Shown here piece by piece: positions 59,127 through 64,000 of a stretch of 64,000 nucleotides of DNA. Below the pieces are notes generated by a model. The model searched no databases and was not told where the DNA came from. It worked only from the letters and a program-made list of their open reading frames with translations. Source of the DNA: the human T2T-CHM13v2.0 reference genome, Homo sapiens. A program made the translations under genes and the position numbers. The stretch lies in NCBI RefSeq assembly GCF_009914755.1, contig NC_060927.1; one strand, given 5' to 3'. Each line of letters begins with the position of its first letter. The first letter of the stretch is position 1.

Positions 59127-59523
59127 TTTAACCCATGGAATTTTGATGTTGATCTTATGTATCATTTTGGATGTATTAAAAAATATATCCCAAAGCAATA
59201 TATTAAATAGATTGTAGAGTTATAGTTATATATTCTACAGAAGGAATGGGGGAAAACCCAGGATACTTATATAAAGAAATGTTTGTTCTTTGTAATAAAG
59301 TTTATGGTGAAAATTTCAAATATAAATTACTGATATAAAGAATATCAAGGAATTAAAAGTATGTGAAAGTAAAAGCTATAAAATACTTTCTAATGCTATA
59401 TTTATTAGCATTAGAACCATTTTATTTATGTTTTTGTTACTTCTCCCCCAATACAATGGTATTTATAAGTTGAATCTTTGGAAAGTAATCAGGCATTAGA
59501 GCCATCCTAAAATATATGCAAAC

Positions 59524-60887
59524 ACAAAGAGACTTCAGAAAGTTAATAGAAAATGCATATTAAGAAAAAAGCTATGCATAAAATTCAAAATTTATTACAC
59601 CAAAATAAACTCATACTAACTTATTAAAATATGTCTGGACAGGATCCAGTTTGAGGCACTAAGGACAATTAAAACAAGAGTTTGAAAAGAGCCCTTATTA
59701 GAGAAACATGAAGTCTGCTAAAATGAAAGCAAGAACAAACATCAAATTTATGGTAAAGGTTAGGTGGAAGAATAGTAAAATTATTGATTAATACTAATTT
59801 TCAAAAGTTTATGGGGTAAATACTCTAAAGAAATCAGCAATTTGCAAATAAATAACATTTTTAAAATTTGCAGTAACTTGAGGGGTACAAGTGGTTTTTG
59901 GTGACATGAATGAATTGTACAGTAGCAATAATATTTTAATAAAGATTGAAATAATGTTAAAGATGAAGCTCACAGTGGCTGAACATTCACATCAATTTGA
60001 AAGGAAAAAAATTAATCTGGTTCTTGCTCTGATTGAAAAGCAGCTACAATTAAAAACAGAAGAAAAAGCATCTCTGTAATTAGCTCAGCTTACACAATCC
60101 TGACTGAAAAAAAATAAAGTTGAGCAAACTATCCATTCAATAGAAAAAAACCACTGTGCCCAGTTCACCTGCAGACAAGGGTATAGCTTTCAATTGAAAT
60201 TTTAAACAAGTGGTATCAAGATTCTGAAGCATGTCTTTGAAGAATTATAATAGTTGATAAAACATGGTTTTACTAGTACAACCCTGAAGACAAAGCACAA
60301 TCAAAGCAATGACTACTAAAGTTGGATGTGGTTCAGTCAAAGACAAAGCAGACCAGTCAAGAGAAAAGGTCATGGCAACAGCTTTTTGAAATGTGTAAGA
60401 CATTTTGCCTGTTGACTTTCTGGAGGGCCAAAAAACAATAACATCTGCGTATTATGAAAGTATTTTGAGAAATTTTGCCAAAACCTTAGCAGAAAAATAT
60501 CTGGGAAAGCTTCATCAGAGAGTTCTTCTTCGCCATAACAAAGCTTCTGCTCATTCTTCTCATCAAACAAGGACAATTTTGTGAGTTTTAATGGGAAATC
60601 ATTATCCACCTTATAGTCATGATTTGACTCCGTCTAACTTCTTTTTGTTTTCTAATCTTAAAAAGCATCTGCAAAGAACACCCATTTTTTCTCAGTTAAC
60701 AATTCAAAAATAGACTGCATTGATATGATTAAATTTACAGGACCCTCAGTTCTTCAGAGATGAACTAAATGGCTACCATCATCACCTACAAAACTGTCTT
60801 GAACTTGATGGAACTTACGTTAAGAAATACAGTTTATATTTTAAATTTTTACCTTCTAATTTTAATTTTCCATGAACTTTGAAATCT
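59524..60887 (+). mobile_element. Near full-length Hsmar2 mariner, transposase pseudogene
   Basis: TIR-like ends (GACTTCAGAAAGTTAATAGAAAA / TTTTCCATGAACTTTGAAATC); ATG at 59708 (MKSAKMKARTNIKFMVK); degenerate DETW, YNPEDKAQSKQ, PPYS motifs. Confidence 0.92.
59862..59926 (-). mobile_element. ~65-bp L1PB/L1MA 3'-end insertion within Hsmar2
   Basis: GGGGTACAAGTGGTTTTTGGTGACATGAATGAATTGTACAGT, flanked by AATAACATTTTTAA / AATAATATTTTAA. Confidence 0.7.
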
Positions 60888-61289
60888 GTTAACAATTTGT
60901 GAATGATTTTTTATGAAGTGTGACAACAGAAAAATAATATGTTCAAATAAATGTTCACAGTGATTTAAGATATATGGATATCTGTTTTCAAATAAAATAA
61001 CTTGATATCAGACATTTATTTTCTCATTTCTGAATATTTTTAATTTTCATATTGGACCAACAACTCTTGTTTCAAATCTTCTTGAAGAAATAGTGAAGAA
61101 TTAAATAAATATGGCATACATTATAATTAAGCACAATCTAGTCACCTTTTTTATTATATTAATTTCATAAGAAAGCATTTTTGTAAAGGAAAATGCTTTA
61201 AGTGTGATATCTTATTTTATTTTAGTTTGTAACTCCAAAATTTTAATTACAGAATTAACATAGAAGTATCACTTCAGCAGTCTTCAGTA

Positions 61290-61935
<646 letters not shown>

Positions 61936-63824
61936 TCCTCATTTGAGAAACTGTGCCTAATAGTCTAAAAATTTCTTCAGTGTTGATTTTGTTGTGTTTA
62001 CCTAAAACTTCTAGGTGCATCTTTCTCTAGATTTCAAAAGCACATGGGAAACAGCACTTTAGGTATTCTTTTGAATATATAACCAGGCATTCAAAAGAAT
62101 GTGTTTAAAATGTGATGATGTGATATACAAAAAGAGCCATTGTATGTTATTTGCTAGAAAATCATTCCTGGGCTTTCACATGATGCCTTTTCAGTCTGGC
62201 TCTCTTAAATACCTAGGGCTAAGGATAAGGCTATTTGTACTTCTGTTGATAAGAATAAAATATTTAGGAAAGTGTTCGTGTGTCATTGACTGACAACTAA
62301 GTTACATTTAAATTAGCTGGCATTAGAGATTAATTTTCCGCGTGGTCATATATTATTATAATCATCTGCATTATCTTCATTAGGTTTATTTTCATGCTTT
62401 ATCATGTGAAAAATTAAGTGTTTTAGTTTGTTTCTTTCAAGGTTCTGCAGCTTTATCTGTGAAAATTATTGAAGTGATTCAAATACAGTACAGCACAATT
62501 CCATCCTTCCCATAAAAGGTATTTGAACATCAGAGAAAATATATTCATAATAACAAATATATTAAATACATAAGTATCTGGATTTATACATAGAAATAAA
62601 CATAGTTACATAGCTCTATGGGTAAATCATTCTATACTAACCAATATGAAATCTATCAGAAGATAGTATTCTCAGATGCTAAAAATTAATCTTAACTCAC
62701 ACAATTTGAAATGTACACCTATCATATTATATATTAGTGCTCTTCTTTTAATAATCACCAAGGCACTAGGACTACTGAAATATAGTGGCTTTTAGTTTGC
62801 AAAATATATATTAATTATGAATAAATGAATAGACCTATAATATTACAAGTAAAATGTTTTCAACTCAGAATACTAGAAGGGCAAAAACTATGAAAATCTG
62901 TCTTCTTAGGCTGTCTCATAAAAGAGTCGTTTTTAAAGCATTTATTTATTCTTTTAACACATCTTTAACAGATGCTTAGTTTGCATATAAAAAATGTTTT
63001 AGACTCTAGAATGCTTTTGCCTTCAAAATTTGAATAGTGTAACAAAATGCACATAAAACGCTTTGAAATTCACGAATAAATTTTATTCTTTTTTTTTCAA
63101 TTTTATTGTAAATTACAGAGGGTTAAAATCACTATATGTATTTTAAAAAGGGACTGAAAATCACCATGTTCTGAACAGAAGTAACTGGAGTAAAATAAGT
63201 TTGCATCCTCATAAAATTCAATACAGAACTCTAGTAGGTTAGACTATATCATAAGATTATTACTTCTAATAACCAAATCTTGAACTGTGTCCATCTAAGG
63301 AAGCATTGTCTTGGAAAAAAAATATAAAATATTTTACTATAGCTGCCATTTGTATTTTCCAGACTAATCTAAAGGAGGGAAGTTGAACAGTTTGATTTCT
63401 CCTCTTGCTTACTTGGCAATGCTCTCCTTCCTCAATTTCTAATGATGATCAGAATAGCTCAGTTCTCCATCCCAGTGATGCCTAAATGGCTATTCATGCA
63501 GTTCAGAGATTTTTTGGACAACATCTGTCTTCTTTTCCCTCTCTTTGGACTTTTAAATGTCTTTTTCTTTTAATATCTCACATCCAACCTCTTCTTATCA
63601 TGGGTTAATTGTTCAGCTCCATTAGGTTTATTACATCCTGGAGTGCAAAATGAAGAAAAGTAAATGGATTTCAGAGTTCACTGCCCACAATATGTGGTAT
63701 ATGAAAGATAACAAAATCTTTTACACTAGTTATGTTAGCATTTGGTGAACATTCCATAAGATTTTTGAAAATTAAAAGGGATTATGCAAGTTAAATATGT
63801 TAAAACTTATCACTCTCCTGTCTC

Positions 63825-63828
<4 letters not shown>

Positions 63829-63867
<39 letters not shown>

Positions 63868-63879
63868 TGTGTGTATGTG
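63829..63879. repeat. Interrupted (TG)n microsatellite
   Basis: Direct reading. Confidence 0.95.
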
Positions 63880-64000
63880 GCACGTATCCAAATACAATGA
63901 ATTTTTTCCAGTATTTTGTGTTTTTTTCTGAAACTGATTAATTCTTGATTTCTACTTGAATTTAGCATTGTTTCCTAGGGTAAACACAAGTAGATTCAGG

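Overview
AT-rich, repeat-dense human (or human-like) nuclear DNA with no host gene exon, RNA gene, CRISPR array or prokaryotic system that I can support; a diagnostic AluYb8 (20895-21200) points to Homo sapiens. Every recognisable ORF is transposon-derived (L1 ORF2, HERV-L gag, Hsmar2 transposase relics). Content: two Hsmar2 mariner copies, many L1s (a young 5'-inverted L1PA2-type copy, an L1PA4/5-type copy, a near full-length L1PB, old L1M fragments), five Alus, MaLR/ERV LTR relics, a deleted HERV-L, MIR/L2 relics and microsatellites. I did not find a new protein-coding system. The signals worth following are structural: (1) the two Hsmar2 copies 60 kb apart share the same inactivating substitutions; (2) several local templated copies and inverted duplications (190-bp and 100-bp inverted repeats in apparently unique DNA, a 71-nt near-perfect hairpin, an 82-bp inverted copy replacing part of an L1, a rearranged THE1); (3) unusual retrotransposition products (a twin-primed L1 nested in another twin-primed L1; a ~100-bp antisense L1 fragment with poly(A) and TSD). 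Subfamily names come from remembered consensus sequences, identities were counted by hand, and boundaries of old repeats are approximate.
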